64,000 bases of DNA from Okamejei kenojei (lineage: Eukaryota), in NCBI GenBank assembly GCA_035221665.1, contig CM069155.1:27466001-27530000 (forward strand), in the 5' to 3' direction. The notes under the pieces are model-generated. The model was not told the origin of the DNA, ran no database searches, and saw nothing but the letters and a program-made list of their open reading frames with translations. Of the stretch, positions 51,621 through 64,000 are shown one piece after another; the stretch's first letter is position 1; each line of letters begins with the position of its first letter. The position numbers and the translations under genes were made by a program.

Positions 51621-52150
51621 ATTGCTGTTGGTTCGTTGCTGTGGTGCATCCTGTAGATGGTGGATGCCCTGTATCGACCTTAGACTGTGGTTGATTACTG
51701 ACCAGTGAAGAGTATTACAGTCTTGAGCCTTGTAGTTTGGGGAGCTAGGAGGTGAGTACTTGCTCAGGATTCGCTCGGATTTAGATATGGCTACACAGTT
51801 GAGGCATGGATATTGCTATCATCGCCTGATATATATGGGTGGTGTGAATGTCATTTGCCACCTATCATCCCAGGCTTGGATATTGTCCGGGCCTTGCTGC
51901 ATTTGGATGTGGACTGTTTCATTATCGGAGAACTTGTGAATATTGCTGATCATTGTGCAATTGTCTCCCCTAGTCCTGACCATACCATTGAAGGGAAGTC
52001 ATTGATGATGCAGCTGAAGGTGGTGGTGCCGAGGACACCATCTCGAGGAACTCCTGCAGGGATGTCATGTGGATGAGATGACTGACCTCCAACCACTACA
52101 ACCTTTGTGTTCCCTATGATTCCAAGCAGCAGAAGGTGCTCCATATTCCC
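51620..52150 (-). mobile_element. Old non-LTR retrotransposon RT fragment (L2/CR1 group)
   Basis: VVVGGQSSHPHDIPAGVPRDGVLGTTTFSCIINDFPS resembles the GVPQGSVLGP...INDLP motif. Confidence 0.6.
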
Positions 52151-55100
52151 ATGATGGTCCTGCACACTCCGTGCATGAACCAGTGTCACCGCCACCCAGC
52201 ACACATCTGCATCCATGCAGTGTAAACACTGCAAGCTGTAAATGACAAATTGCTCCAAACTCCGTACATTAATCTTCAGCCCCTCCATCCCATTCACTGG
52301 CAGCTTTTGCTTCTGCACAGACAATACTGCTTTTTATTTTTTTTCCAAATAAAGTAATCAATATTGCTCATAGCACCATAGTGTCTTGTGTAGCCTTGAT
52401 TGCATCAGTGCCCACTGGAAACATGAAACTGTCAATGAAGTAGTTGAATGTCCTGCTGTTGCATCATATTTAATTTAGATACGTTCACAGGAATATCATC
52501 TGGAAACCTCTAATTATTGTGTGCACCACATTGGCATTGATTCATACATTTCCTTGACATGAGCAGGTTTCCTCTCTATCTCAAGCCAATGTTTTTTTAT
52601 TCCTGGGATGTCTCTTGAGATTGAGGATGGTTTGTTTCTGCCCTGATTCTATGGGCTTTGGGGCTGATAGATCCATGGTGAGATCCACAGACTCTTGCAC
52701 AGATAGGCCAGGTTATAGTCATAGAGTCATACAGTGTAGAAACAGGCCCTTCGGCCCAACTTGCCCGCATCAGCCAACATGTCCCACCTCCGCTAGTTTT
52801 GCCTGCCTGCATTTAGCCCATATCCCTGTAAACCTGTCCTCTCCATGTACCTGTCCAAATGTTTCTTAATGATGCGATCATACCTGCCTCAACTACCTCC
52901 TCCGGCAGCTCGCTCATCGTAAATCGATCCGCTTGGTTATGTGAATTAATTGTGGACAATTTTAATCATTGGTAAAGTGATATGAAGCTCATAGAGTGAT
53001 GGCTTTACAGCCAGCCACCAAGACAGTAGGGTATAAAAATCAAAGATCAACATTTGGAAAATGAACCCAATTACATCACCTGTGTATTTGCAAAGAAGCT
53101 CTAATGCTGCTTTAGAAATTGGATCCCCTTGGCCATCTTGGAGTTCATGCTTATTTTTTGTAAGCTGTACATAGAATGTTACATATTGTTGTTTTCCAAA
53201 TTATGTGGAAGACCACATGCCTTCCACATGTGTGGAAGATCTAACATCCGTGTGGCTTAAATCCTAGATATCAGAGCATGTTGGAACTGAGTTAATTGGA
53301 GACCAGTATAGCTGATGGAATATTTTTCAAAGCTATATTTTTGTGAAGACAGGTCAAATTGCCACCTTCCAGTCCTTATAGCAGGCGATTGCTGGCAGTC
53401 CTGGTGGGAATGGAGCTCGCTGTGCACTCCAAGGGGGTGGTCAGGTCAGTAACCCTGCTGGCAGTCAGTGCTACGGGATCCTGCACATGAACACAAGGCC
53501 CTTCCGCTGCCAGCAACTCCTCGCTCAGTGCAGGGTAACCGGGGGAATTGGCCTCTGCGCCCAGACTAGGGTGACAAAGCTCCCACAGCCAGACCACCAT
53601 CAGGTGACAGGACTGCCATCACTCGTGTCCGACCACTGAAGCATTTCCGACTGTAACACATATGAAAAATCAGGCAGGTGGGACTAGTGAGGATGGGGCA
53701 CCTTGGTCAGCATGGGCAAATTGGGCCCAAGGGTCTGTCTGTGCTGCCTGACCCGAGTCACTCCAGCTTTTTGTGTCTGTCTTTGGTTTAAACCGGCATC
53801 TGCAGTTCATTCCTACACATTTTGTCTGCTCCGCTGCGAAATCCCCTCAAGGTATGTCTACTTTGAAGAAGTTCTGCCCGCTCCGATGAAAGTTCTGCAA
53901 CATCCTCTCTCGCTGCTCTGTGTATATACAGACACTGACCTTTTTTTCCCTCTTGTTTATTATATTGTTTACAGTGTGCAATGTTTGCATATTCTACTGT
54001 TGCTGCTGCACGTAAGAATTTCAATGTTCTATCTGGGACATATGACAATAAAACACTCTTGACCCTGTGATCTCCAGTTTCCCTCTCCCGTGACACTCAG
54101 TCTGAAGAAGGGTCTCGACCCGAAACATCACCCATAGGTGCAGGCGTAGGCTATTCAGCTCTTCGAGCCAGCACTGCTATTCACTGTGATCATGGCCTAT
54201 CATCCACAATTGGTACCCCTCTCCTGCCTTCTCCCCATATCCCTGGCTTCCGCTATCTTTAAGAGCTCTATCTAACTCTCTCTTGAAAGCACCCAGAGAA
54301 TTGGCCTCTACTACCTTCTGAGACAGAGAATTCCACAGATTCACAACTCTCTGGGTGAAAAAGGATTTCCTAATCTCCGTTCCAAATGGCCTACCCCTTA
54401 TTCTTAAACAGTGGCCCCTGGTTCTGGACTCCCCCAACATCGGGAACATGTTTCCTACCTCCAGCGTGTCCAATCCCTTAATAATCTTATATGTTTCAAT
54501 AATATTCCCTCTCATCTTTCTAAATCCTTCTAATATCCCCTCCCATTCCTTCTCTCCAGATATTCTGCCTGTTCCACTGAGTTACTCCGGCATTTTGTGT
54601 GTATCTTTGGTTTGAATCAGCCTCTACAGTTCCATCCTACACGCTCTGGGCCGCATGTGTCCCACTCTGTGAGGAGTCTCCGGCGGTCGCCACTCCGCGT
54701 CAATCACAACTGCTCCTCCCCCTCTGCCAGTGCACCAATGACAAGCGTCTCTCCACCTGCCGGCCTCCACCAATTAGGCGCAGCCCCAATCACAATCAAG
54801 CTATACCTCTGCGCCAAGCTCTATTCCAACCAATCAGCATTGCGCTCTCACAGCCACGCCATTCTGCACCAATCACTGTCGTGCTCTCTCAGACACGTTG
54901 TTTTGCACCAATCACCATTGTGCTCTCTCAGCCGCGCCATACCAACCGGCCGGCAGCAACACGCCTGCGCACTCGCCACCCGCCAACTGCTCATCGCATT
55001 AACGGGCGCGCCCCCCCCCCCAGCGAGTAACCCTCCCTCTCCCACCCTAGTTCTCTGACGTAAATTGGAGGAACAGCACTTCATATTTCACTTGGGCAGC

Positions 55101-55719
55101 TTACAACCCAGCGGTATGAATGTTGACTTTTCTAACATCAAGTAGCCCTTGCTTTCCCCCTCTCTCCCCACCCTCCCCTTTCCCAGTTCTCTGACCGACC
55201 TCCCGATTACATTTTATCTCTGCTTTGTTGTCACGTTCTCCTAGCTAACAATGATCTATTCTACATAGAAACATAGAAAATAGGTGCATGAGGAGGCCAT
55301 TCGGCTCTTCGAGCCAGCACCGCCATTCATTGTGATCATGGCTGATCGTCCCCAATCAATAACCCGTGCCTGCCCCTAGAGCTCTATCTAACTCTCTCTT
55401 AAATCCATCCAGTGATTTGGCCTCCACTGCCAAATCACTGCAGGGAATTCCACAAATTCACAACTCTCTGGGTGAAAACGTTTTTTCTCACCTCAGTCTT
55501 AAATGGCCTCCCCTTTATTCAAAGTCCATGGCCCCTGGTTCTGGACTCGCCCAACATTGGGAACATTTTTCCTGCATCTAGCTTGTCCAGCCTTTTTATA
55601 ATTTTATATGTTTCTATAAGATCCCCCTCATCCTTCTAAACTCCAGTGAATACAAGCATAGTCTTTTCAATCTTTCCTCATATGACAGTCCCGCCATCCC
55701 AGGGATCAATCTTGTGAAC

Positions 55720-56270
55720 CGTGGAGGAGACCTCCCGGTGGCTCAGCACTTCAACTCCCCCTCCCATTCCGTATCCGACCTCTCGATACTGGGCTTCCTC
55801 CAAGGCCAGAGTGAGCAACACCGCAAGTTGGAGGAACAGCACCTCATATTCCGCTTGGGGAGTCTGCATCCTCTAGGCTTGAACATTGAATTTTCTCAAT
55901 TCTATTAACCCTTCTGCTGTCTCCTCCCCTTCCCACCTCTCCCTCCGCCCTCGGGCCCTGGCATTCCCTCTCTCTCGATCTCTCCCCCACCCAAGTCGCA
56001 CTAGCTTCTCATTTTCATACCACAAACAGCTTACAATGGCCTGTTTCCTTTATCATCGATACTTTTTTGCATATCTTTCATTCATTGTTCTTTATCTCTC
56101 CACATCACCGTCTATATTTCTCGTTTCCCTGGTCCCTAACCAGTCTGAAGAAGGGTCTCGACCCGAAACGTCGCCTATCTCCTTCACTCCTTAGATGCTG
56201 CTACACCCACTGAGTTTCTCCAGCCTTTTGTGTACCCTCGATTCTCCAGCATCTGCAGTTCCTTCTTTAA
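55720..56270 (+). mobile_element. Penelope-like element 3' end: GIY-YIG C-terminus, UTR and hammerhead-bearing terminal repeat
   Basis: ORF 55714-55908 GDLPVAQHFNSPSHSVSDLSILG...RKLEEQHLIFRLGSLHPLGLNIEF; then CTGAAGAAGGGTCTCGACCCGAAACGTC at 56145-56172. Confidence 0.85.
56141..56176 (+). ncRNA. Minimal type I hammerhead ribozyme-like motif
   Basis: CUGAAGA, extra A, stem II GGGU-CUCG-ACCC, GAAA, loop-less palindromic stem III (ACGU) and GUC cleavage triplet; stem I pairing is only ~2 bp, so activity is doubtful. Confidence 0.55.
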
Positions 56271-57030
56271 CCCATTGAGATCATAATCTGCCCCCTTGTT
56301 TTTGCCACCAAAGTGGATAACCTCACATTTATCTATATTATACTGCATCTGCCACGCTTCTGCCCACTCACTCAACCTGTCTAGGTCACCCTGCAACCTC
56401 CTAACATCCTCTTCACAGTTCACACTGCCACCCAGCTTTGTGTCATCCACAAACTTGCTAGTGTTGCTCCTAATTCCCTCTTCCAAATCATTAATATACA
56501 TGGTAAACAGTTGCGGCCCCAACACCGAGCCTTGCGGCTCTCTACTCGCCACTGCCTGCCATTCTGAAAAGGACCCGTTCACTCGAGGTTTCCTTGAACC
56601 TCGCCCCCTTCGATGTCTCGTTTTCACACCTCACACTTCCATTTCTCTGTGTCTACCTCTTCCCTGACTGTCTGAAGAAGGGTCTCGACCCGAAAAGTCA
56701 CCCATTCCTTCTCTCCAGAGATGTTGCCTGTCCTGCTGAGCTTTTTGTGCCAGCTTTGATCTATCATTTTCACACCTTACCCTTCCACAGATCTCTGTTT
56801 CTCCCTCTCCCCTGAGAGTCTGAAGGAGGGTGTCTCTCTTCAGACATGTTGCCTGTTGTCTGAAGAAGGGTTTCGGCCCGGAACGTTGCCTATCTCCTTC
56901 GCTCCATAGATGCTGCTGCACCCGCCGAGTTTCTCCAGCATTTTGTGTACCCTCGATTTTCCAGCATCTGCAGTTCCTTCTTTAACAACATGTTGCCTGA
57001 CTGGCTGAGTTCCACCGGCATTTTGTGCAT

Positions 57031-57206
57031 ACCTCCCAATTCCCCCCCCCCCCCAACACCACCCAATCCCCCAACACCTCCTAATCCCCCCCAACACCAC
57101 CCAATCCCCCCCCCCCAACACCACCCAATCCCCCCCCCCCCAACACCACCCAATCCCCCAACACCTCCTAATCCCCCCCAACACCTCCCAATCCCCCCCC
57201 CCCCCC
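57031..57206. repeat. C-rich minisatellite abutting the YWHAH promoter
   Basis: ~8 units of AACACC(A/T)CC(C/T)AAT followed by C-runs of variable length. Confidence 0.9.
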
Positions 57207-57637
57207 GGTGACGTCCGGCGCTCATGCCTGGCAGCGCTGCCATGGCAACCCTTTCCTCGCGCCCGCGGGAGCGCGCGTCGGTCGACGTACCCCGGCGCGC
57301 GAGATCCCGCCCTCGGAAAAAATCCGCAGTTGTTCTAAAATTAGCAGGTGACGTCACCGTTATATAGAGCGAGCGGGCGGGCTGGGCCGCGGGCCGCAGT
57401 GCGCATGCCCGACTGCGGCAGCGCGGGGCCTTGTGGGTGGGCGCCGGGGCTATGAGAGCGCGCGGCGGCGGGGGCGGGGCCGATTGCGGAGCGGGCGGAC
57501 GGACAGACAGACAGACGGAGACGGAGGCAGGAGGAGGCGGGCGGGCAAGGCAGGGCAGGCAAGGCAGTGCAGGCAGGTGGCGGGCAGCGAGTCCGCAGCG
57601 CCCGGAGCCTCGCACCTAGCGCACACCGCCTCCGACA
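57200..57637 (+). promoter_or_regulatory. YWHAH CpG-island promoter / 5'UTR with CRE, TATA-like and GC boxes
   Basis: Palindromic GGTGACGTCACC 57347-57358 (CRE TGACGTCA 57349-57356), TATATA 57361-57366, near-CRE TGACGTCC at 57209, GGGGCGGGGC 57471-57480; very high CpG density extending to ~58200. Confidence 0.8.
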
Positions 57638-57724
57638 ATGGCAAACCGAGATCAGCTGGTGCAGCGAGCCCGGTTGGCCGAGCAGGCCGAGCGCTATGAT
57701 GACATGGCGGCGGCCATGAAGTCG
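57638..57724 (+). CDS. YWHAH: 14-3-3 eta, exon 1
   Basis: acaATGg; [29 protein letters not shown]|gtgagt; the 29-codon first exon is typical of eta/gamma; QRARL and DEPDC5 adjacency favour eta. Confidence 0.93.
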
Positions 57725-60700
57725 GTGAGTGGACGGCCCTTTCCCCCCCCCCCCCCCCGGGAGGCGGCTGCTGTTCCCCCGGGGCCTCGAGTGGGGAGGA
57801 TCGGCTGTGAGGGACCAGGGGGCCGCCCCCGGGGCGAGGGGATCTCTCCTTGCTCGCAAACACATCAAGCGGCCGACCCCGCCCGATCCATTTGGCCGCC
57901 GGCGTCCTCCAGTCAGACATTTGTTGGGCAGGTGTCTGGAGTCTCCCTTGCCCCGGGCCGGAGGTAATCCAACCCCGCCCTGTAACCGGGCACCGGCGGG
58001 ATCTGCACCGAGACCTCCCCCCCCCCCCCTCCGCTTCAACCACAACAGCGGGTGAATGGCTCGGTATCGCCCCCTTGTATGTAGGGGGTGGGTGGGCACC
58101 GAGTCCCCTTCAGCCTCCCGGTGGGAGACGGATACTCTCGTTTCTCGGTGGCGGATCGGGCGCGGAGAAGGGCGTGCTGATTGACGAGCTCGGTGTCTAG
58201 TAGGGCGGTGTCGTGGCCAAGGTGTCCGAATAAAACTGGGGCCGTATGGATATAGATTATAGGAATCCTAGTCTTTCGATGCAACGTTTCATTCGTCCCA
58301 GTCCCATTCCTTATGTCCGATGGTGTGGCTTAATAGCTGACATGGTGCCAGCAGTGTGAGGAATGAGCTATTTAAATGTGAACGGGCATCGACCCGTGGC
58401 GGGTACGATGCCATTGTCGCAGCTCACAGTACAATCAATCGCAGGGGGCTTGCTGCCATCTATACGGTGCATCGCTCTAAGGGGGTTTATCTTGTAGAGA
58501 AATATGTTCCACTGCGTGTAGATATTTCAGCCGTGGGTGGGTGATGAAGCGGGTGGTCTGGAGATTGGGCGGGGTTGCTGCTGGGGCGAGGTTCTTGTTG
58601 AGGCTATTGTGTGGGTAGACAGTGGGAGCCGAGAGTGGAGCCAGGCAACAGACAGCGAGCGCTCTGCCGACCACCTCCCGGCCGTGTAATCTCAATAAAA
58701 TCTCAATTCTTCCCGTGAATACATTTTGGGCGCGCTTTTTGCGCCTTGTATGACCACAGTAGGTAGATCCAGTTCAATTAGGCTCTTCGAGAGCTGGACT
58801 ACTGCCAACAGGGGCTGCATGACGCAGATCGATGTTCACTGCAGGGTTCTGTGGCTGGACAGATCAGAGTAGGTGGCATTAAAGAATGTCATTTTTTCCT
58901 GGAGACCTTCTGCAGGACCTTGAGCAGAAAATAAAAAGCTGGAGAAACCGAGCGTGACGGGTAGCATCTGTAGAGGGACATGGGTAGAATATTTTGGTTA
59001 AGGACCCCTCAAGACGTAGCATTTTTTTTTTGTTCTGCAGCTTCCATTGGGAATATGCAGTAGCTGGGATAATATGGCTGTTGAGTAAAAACTCGCAATC
59101 GATTTCATGTAGTTGTTTAAGTAGAATCTAATGTTGAGCTTTGGCCAGTGGTGTGCTGATTAAATGGTTTGCACCCAAATCTGGACTGGCTGAGATTCCT
59201 TTCTCAGGCCATAATTACAGGGAAATTAAAAAATATATATATTTCAATAATTAATAGTTATATTGCTTGTTTGCTTCTTTCGTCACAAGTGTGTTAAGGT
59301 ATCTTGCTGCTTTTGTATAGGCCTGTCATGAGAGTGCACCTGTAATATTGTGAGCAGGTTTGGTCTTCCCACCCAAGCATGAAGGGGGAGTGTAGTAAAG
59401 GTTTGCCAGACGAACGTCTGGCTCTATGAAGATATGCTGAGACATGACCTGTCACTTAAGTGTTGTAGAATGAGGTGCTAGCTGGTTGTACTAAGGGAAA
59501 TGATTACCCACTATCTCATTAAATGGAACAGACATGTGATGCTGAATGATCTTCCTAATTTGGTACAATTTTAAAAAAAAAAATCTTGTTTGGGGTGGGA
59601 GTGAAGGTAAAGCTTTTGAGTTGGGGTTGTATTTTTTTATGTACTTTAAATGAAATGTAGGAGTAGCAGCAGAGGGATAATTAATGGGATACATTTCAAA
59701 GATCAGTGATAATAGGGTGAATAGTTTGTGCTGTGTGGTAATATCATTAGCCAATTGGAGGAAGGGGGCTTCCAAGTTGAAAAATGAAAGGAAGGTTTGA
59801 GTAGGTTAATGGACCTCATGTCTGTATGGAAAATTGGTTGGTAACTAAAGGTCATGATTGAAGGAGTTGGTCATTTTGTGCTTTGAGCCTGTTCCACCAT
59901 GCGATAATGTAATGGCTAATCTGTGAGGCAGCTAGCTCTGCCTACCTGCCTTTCCTTTGTCCAGGAAGTGAAAAAACACATGAGGAATTCAGCAGATCTG
60001 AGAGCATCTGTCGAAGGGCTCCAACTTGAAACTGTTTGTCAATTTCCCCCCACAGATACTGCCTGACCCGCTGAGTTCCCCAGCAGTTGTCTTTCACTAA
60101 AGATTCCAGCATCTGCAGTGTCTCATCTCCTCATCCATTAATATAATTGAGATTTTTTTTGTTCAGCAGTTTCAAATGGAAGTAGCAATTGACTTAGCAG
60201 TGGATAACTTTTGTAGAAATCACTGCACCCCCAGTGTGCGGACAGTGGGGGTGTCTGAAGAGGAAATTTAAAAAAATAGACTTGCTGGGCTGGAGGGCAA
60301 TGCAAATTGGTCACCTTGAGCCAGCTTGTTTCCTTGAGACAGTGCTGAAAATAATTGACCCCTTTAAGAAGGTACATAATGTTATGTGGTGGAAGGGTGG
60401 GGCTGTTGAAGGGTGGAGTTGTAATGCCTGAGTAAATGAAGGGTGTGATGATTTATTGTAAAACCACTTGAACTTTGGGTTTCTAATTTTTTTCTGGGCT
60501 GACAGTGCTGCAGAATAATTGTTGTAATGGCCGTACTGCGGCAATTTAACAGCAATGGGCAACAAAACCTCCATCTTCTAGCCTCTTGGGAGCTGAATTT
60601 GCTTGTCAGTTAACAGCAAGTTATTTGTCTTGTTGGCTAATGCTGTCTGTCCACTTCCCCTCACTCCTACCAATACTCTGTTACAATACAAGATGTTACA

Positions 60701-63700
60701 CTATTTGTAGGTTGGACTGGTTGTGTAATTTTAGTCATTTTAATTTGAGCATTGGTGTAGCAGATGAGACTCCCTTCTATCCACTGTCCCACCCACATTC
60801 TTTAGCAGTTATAGGTAGGTCTGTTATAACACAAATTGGATATAATGTGAGTGGTGAATTAGGGACCACTATTTTCATTACATGGGTCGAATTGGTTGTG
60901 GCATGATTTTGAATTTTGATTTGGAACTGGAGAACTGCTTTGCAGGCTTAAATAAAGCTGTCATTGATTTGAGCAGTGGAGGGGGGGGGGGGGGGAGAGA
61001 CCTGCTTGCATGTAACCGGACACCATTCTCCATAGAACACAGCTGCTGCATTAACCACGGGAGGCTATTAAAATTGAAAAGCAATCGCTTCCATTGATAC
61101 TTATGCAGTCATATTCTATTAAGAAATGTAATATACGCTCTTTAGAACTTAACTTGCAGTAACATAACATATTACTATTGAAAAGACCTTTATTTTTAAA
61201 AATTCTGCTTGCTAACCTCAGTCCCCACTGACGCAATTATTTTTATAGCACTATTTTCTATATTGGTTTTCGTAGGACTGCATCTATTGCATTATAGCAG
61301 AACTGCCTGGATACACATGTCTTGTCCTTCCCAACCTACTGCCTTCTCTATCTTTTGCCCTTAATCCACAGTCTTTGGATCCACTAGTGTCTATTCATTG
61401 TCCACACCTCTCTTCTAACAGCTTGCATTGGGTATCTGTTTAAATGATGCTTTTCTGCATCTCCCTGTGGAACTGTATCAGTTGCACAGCTGGTAGAGCT
61501 GCTGTCACAGCACCAGAGACCAGGTTCAATCCTGACCTCTGGTGCTGTCTGTGGAGTTTGCATGTTCTCCCTGTGTCCACATGATTTTCCTCCCATTTCC
61601 CAAAGGCTTGTAGGTTAATTGTCCTCTGTAGTTTGAGTAGTGCGTGGAGAGTGAATGTGGGATAACATGGAACTATTGTGAACATGTGATCGATGGTTGT
61701 CGTGGACTCATTAGGCCAAAGGGCATGATTCCATGCTGTATTTTTCAGTTGGACCACAACCCTGTTGGCCATGGCTCCATTCATATTGGACGCATCACAT
61801 TATTTTGATAATTTGCTTTTTGATTCCTGGGGCTATTTTGCCATTGAATCGAGTCTGTAGAGTATCGCCATGTCCTTGTCTGATTTCCGTGTGTCCATGA
61901 GAGCATTTGAAGTGTTGATCTGTGAGTGGTGATAGGTTGTTCTCCATTGACCCCCTCCTATGGAAGCCAATTGTAACATTTCCTGGTTGGGTGCAGCTGT
62001 GTGCTGAGATTCCACCTATGACCTCAGATATCTTGGTCTATCTACATATGTATGCAAGGACCACTTTCATGTTGTCATAACTGCAGAACTAATCACAAGG
62101 GTAATTTTTAAAATTGTTTGCACCATTTGCTTTAAAGTGGACTGCAGCAAGACTACTCAATGATTGCCCCCGAGTTCTCCTTTGATCCTCATTTTATGAA
62201 AAGCAACGCAGCTTTACATTATTTTTCACTGGAAGTAATACTAACTTGTGGGACATAACCCCCCCCCCCCCCCCCGTCTCTTTGTATGTTTTTAAAAACA
62301 AGTTTTTATCCAGGAGTGATCTGAGGTAATATGACCTGATTGATGGAGGAATCTAATCCCATCCCATCCCATTTTGCCCTCCTTTGCAGTGAGTTCCTGC
62401 TCCTATTGTCTGAGTGGCTCAGCTTGTTAATATGCTGAGTTGATCTGTTTTCTAGCTTAAATGGAAAATGTTGGAGCTAGAAGCCTCTTGAAAAGCAGCT
62501 GGAGTATCATGGCCCCTCTCTACTGAGATGCTCTGCAAGATCACTGCTTTATATGAACAGTAGGGCCCAAGGGCAGTTAGCAATGGTCATAACATTTCCT
62601 CCTCATCACTCAGTTCTGTTCTCTACATCCATTAGTGGCCATGTACAGTGCCAGCACAATATTTGGTTGCTTTCTATAGTATTATTGAAAGCATGACTGC
62701 TCTGGGGCCTACATCTTCTTCCTGATCCGACATGATACTGGACGTCTGGTGTGGTTACGCGTAAGGCCGAAGTGTTTTTAGTTAGTGCATCTTCTGATGT
62801 TGTAACTCTGTTACCAATTTGATAAGTTTAGTGTATAGGCAGATCAAATGCAACTGTTTTTTAACATAATTTGAAAATGGAAATGCCACAATCCTACACA
62901 ATTGTTTCTATGACTATTGTCTGCTCTCAACCTTTTGTCCAGTAGCTCAGTACAAAGTGCCAATGTGCCTGCTTATATGTTACACTGGGAAAGGGCTGTC
63001 TTGAGCCTAATATACAAGTCTGATATTTTTGGCTGCATGTGTTTGGTCATTTAAGAATTAGTCATTTGGTTAAGTTTTTTGTTCATTCTTTATTGGAGAG
63101 TGTAATTTTAAAAGTAGCTGGGTTGCTATTAGTTATTGTGAAAGTATCCATTCAGGAGGATAGTTATGATAGCCTTGGATTCTTTTTGAGGCAGAAGGAT
63201 GTGAGATTTAATTATTGTCTGAAACTGGTAAATACTACATGCATACTTCCCATTTATTTCATATAATTTAGGGTGTTCCAAGACGAGGGGGCATGGTATG
63301 AGGGGTCAGAAAGATATGGTGGGAATTCACAAGATAGTTTTGGGGGAATGGGACTTCCTGCCTGAAGAGGTGGTGGGGGAAGAAGCTCTCAACACTTAGG
63401 AGTTGGACTTGCAGGGATATGATCAAGGCTGGAAGGTGGGGTTAGACTGCGGAGCCTTTAACCGGCACAGATACAATGGTCCAATGGCCTTCAGTGTTGT
63501 CAATGTTCTGTATTGCCCATCTGCAAAGTGATGCAGACTTGTGAAAGAAATGGAATTGACCCTTTTGTGGTGTGAATGTTTGCCTACCATTTTCAGTGGG
63601 CACAGGTCCACTTTGAGTTTTTGTAAATGGGGATTTGACTTGTGGTTTTGAACCCAGGAGGCACTTGTTTGCTCACACTTGTCGGTCTCTTTCCTATTAT

Positions 63701-63711
63701 CTTACTTGCAG

Positions 63712-64000
63712 GTAACAGAGTTGAATGAGGCGCTGTCCAATGAAGATCGCAACCTGCTTTCGGTGGCCTACAAGAATGTGGTGGGGGCTCGCAGGTCTTC
63801 CTGGCGGGTAATCAGCAGCATCGAGCAGAAGACCTCTGCTGATAGCAATGAGAAGAAGCTGGAGATGGTGCGTGCCTACCGGGAGAAGGTGGAAAAGGAG
63901 CTGGAGGTAGTGTGTAGTGACGTGCTGGCCCTGCTTGACAAATTCCTCATTAAGAACTGCAACGAGTCCCAAATAGAGAGCAAAGTCTTCTATTTGAAAA
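63712..64000 (+). CDS. YWHAH: 14-3-3 eta, exon 2 (runs off window end)
   Basis: ttgcag|; [96 protein letters not shown]. Not in the ORF track on +. Confidence 0.95.

Larger units (their letters stand above)
53670..57030. mobile_element. Nested retroelement cluster upstream of YWHAH (CR1, Rex1-like and Penelope pieces)
   Basis: CR1 pieces at 54136-54530, 55264-55720 and 56270-56583 (-); Penelope pieces at 55055-55260 and 55720-56270 (+); terminal units at 54100, 56670 and 56860. Confidence 0.8.

Noticed and set aside
56840-58200. ORFs of up to 252 aa on both strands
   Set aside because: GC-rich CpG island and minisatellite lack stop codons; only 57638-57724 is real coding sequence.

Overview
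Vertebrate genomic DNA, most likely a cartilaginous fish (skate/ray), inferred from the mix of V-SINE/HE1-like SINEs, CR1, Rex1 and Penelope repeats. Three + strand spliced genes were reconstructed by hand from splice sites and reading phase: (1) the last seven coding exons of DEPDC5 (2325-16472); (2) an apparently complete ANHX-like 'anomalous homeobox' gene with a partial SIX domain and a WFANYRR homeodomain (CDS 22282-40516, 8 exons, 475 aa in the minimal model); (3) the start of a 14-3-3 gene, YWHAH by sequence and DEPDC5 adjacency (57638 onward, runs off the window), with a CpG-rich CRE/TATA/GC-box promoter. Between ANHX and YWHAH is a tentative chain of minus-strand exons at the position of human C22orf24/YWHAH-AS1. 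Introns are full of transposons. The notable ones are a Penelope-derived ~150-nt unit carrying a minimal hammerhead-ribozyme core, often inserted as fold-backs (one a perfect 74-bp-arm palindrome with a 14-bp TSD); an unclassified 1.48-kb TIR element with a 5-bp TSD containing a nested solo LTR; and a hAT MITE. Gene identities rest on remembered protein sequences; no database search was run. Most ORFs in the supplied track are spurious or transposon-derived.
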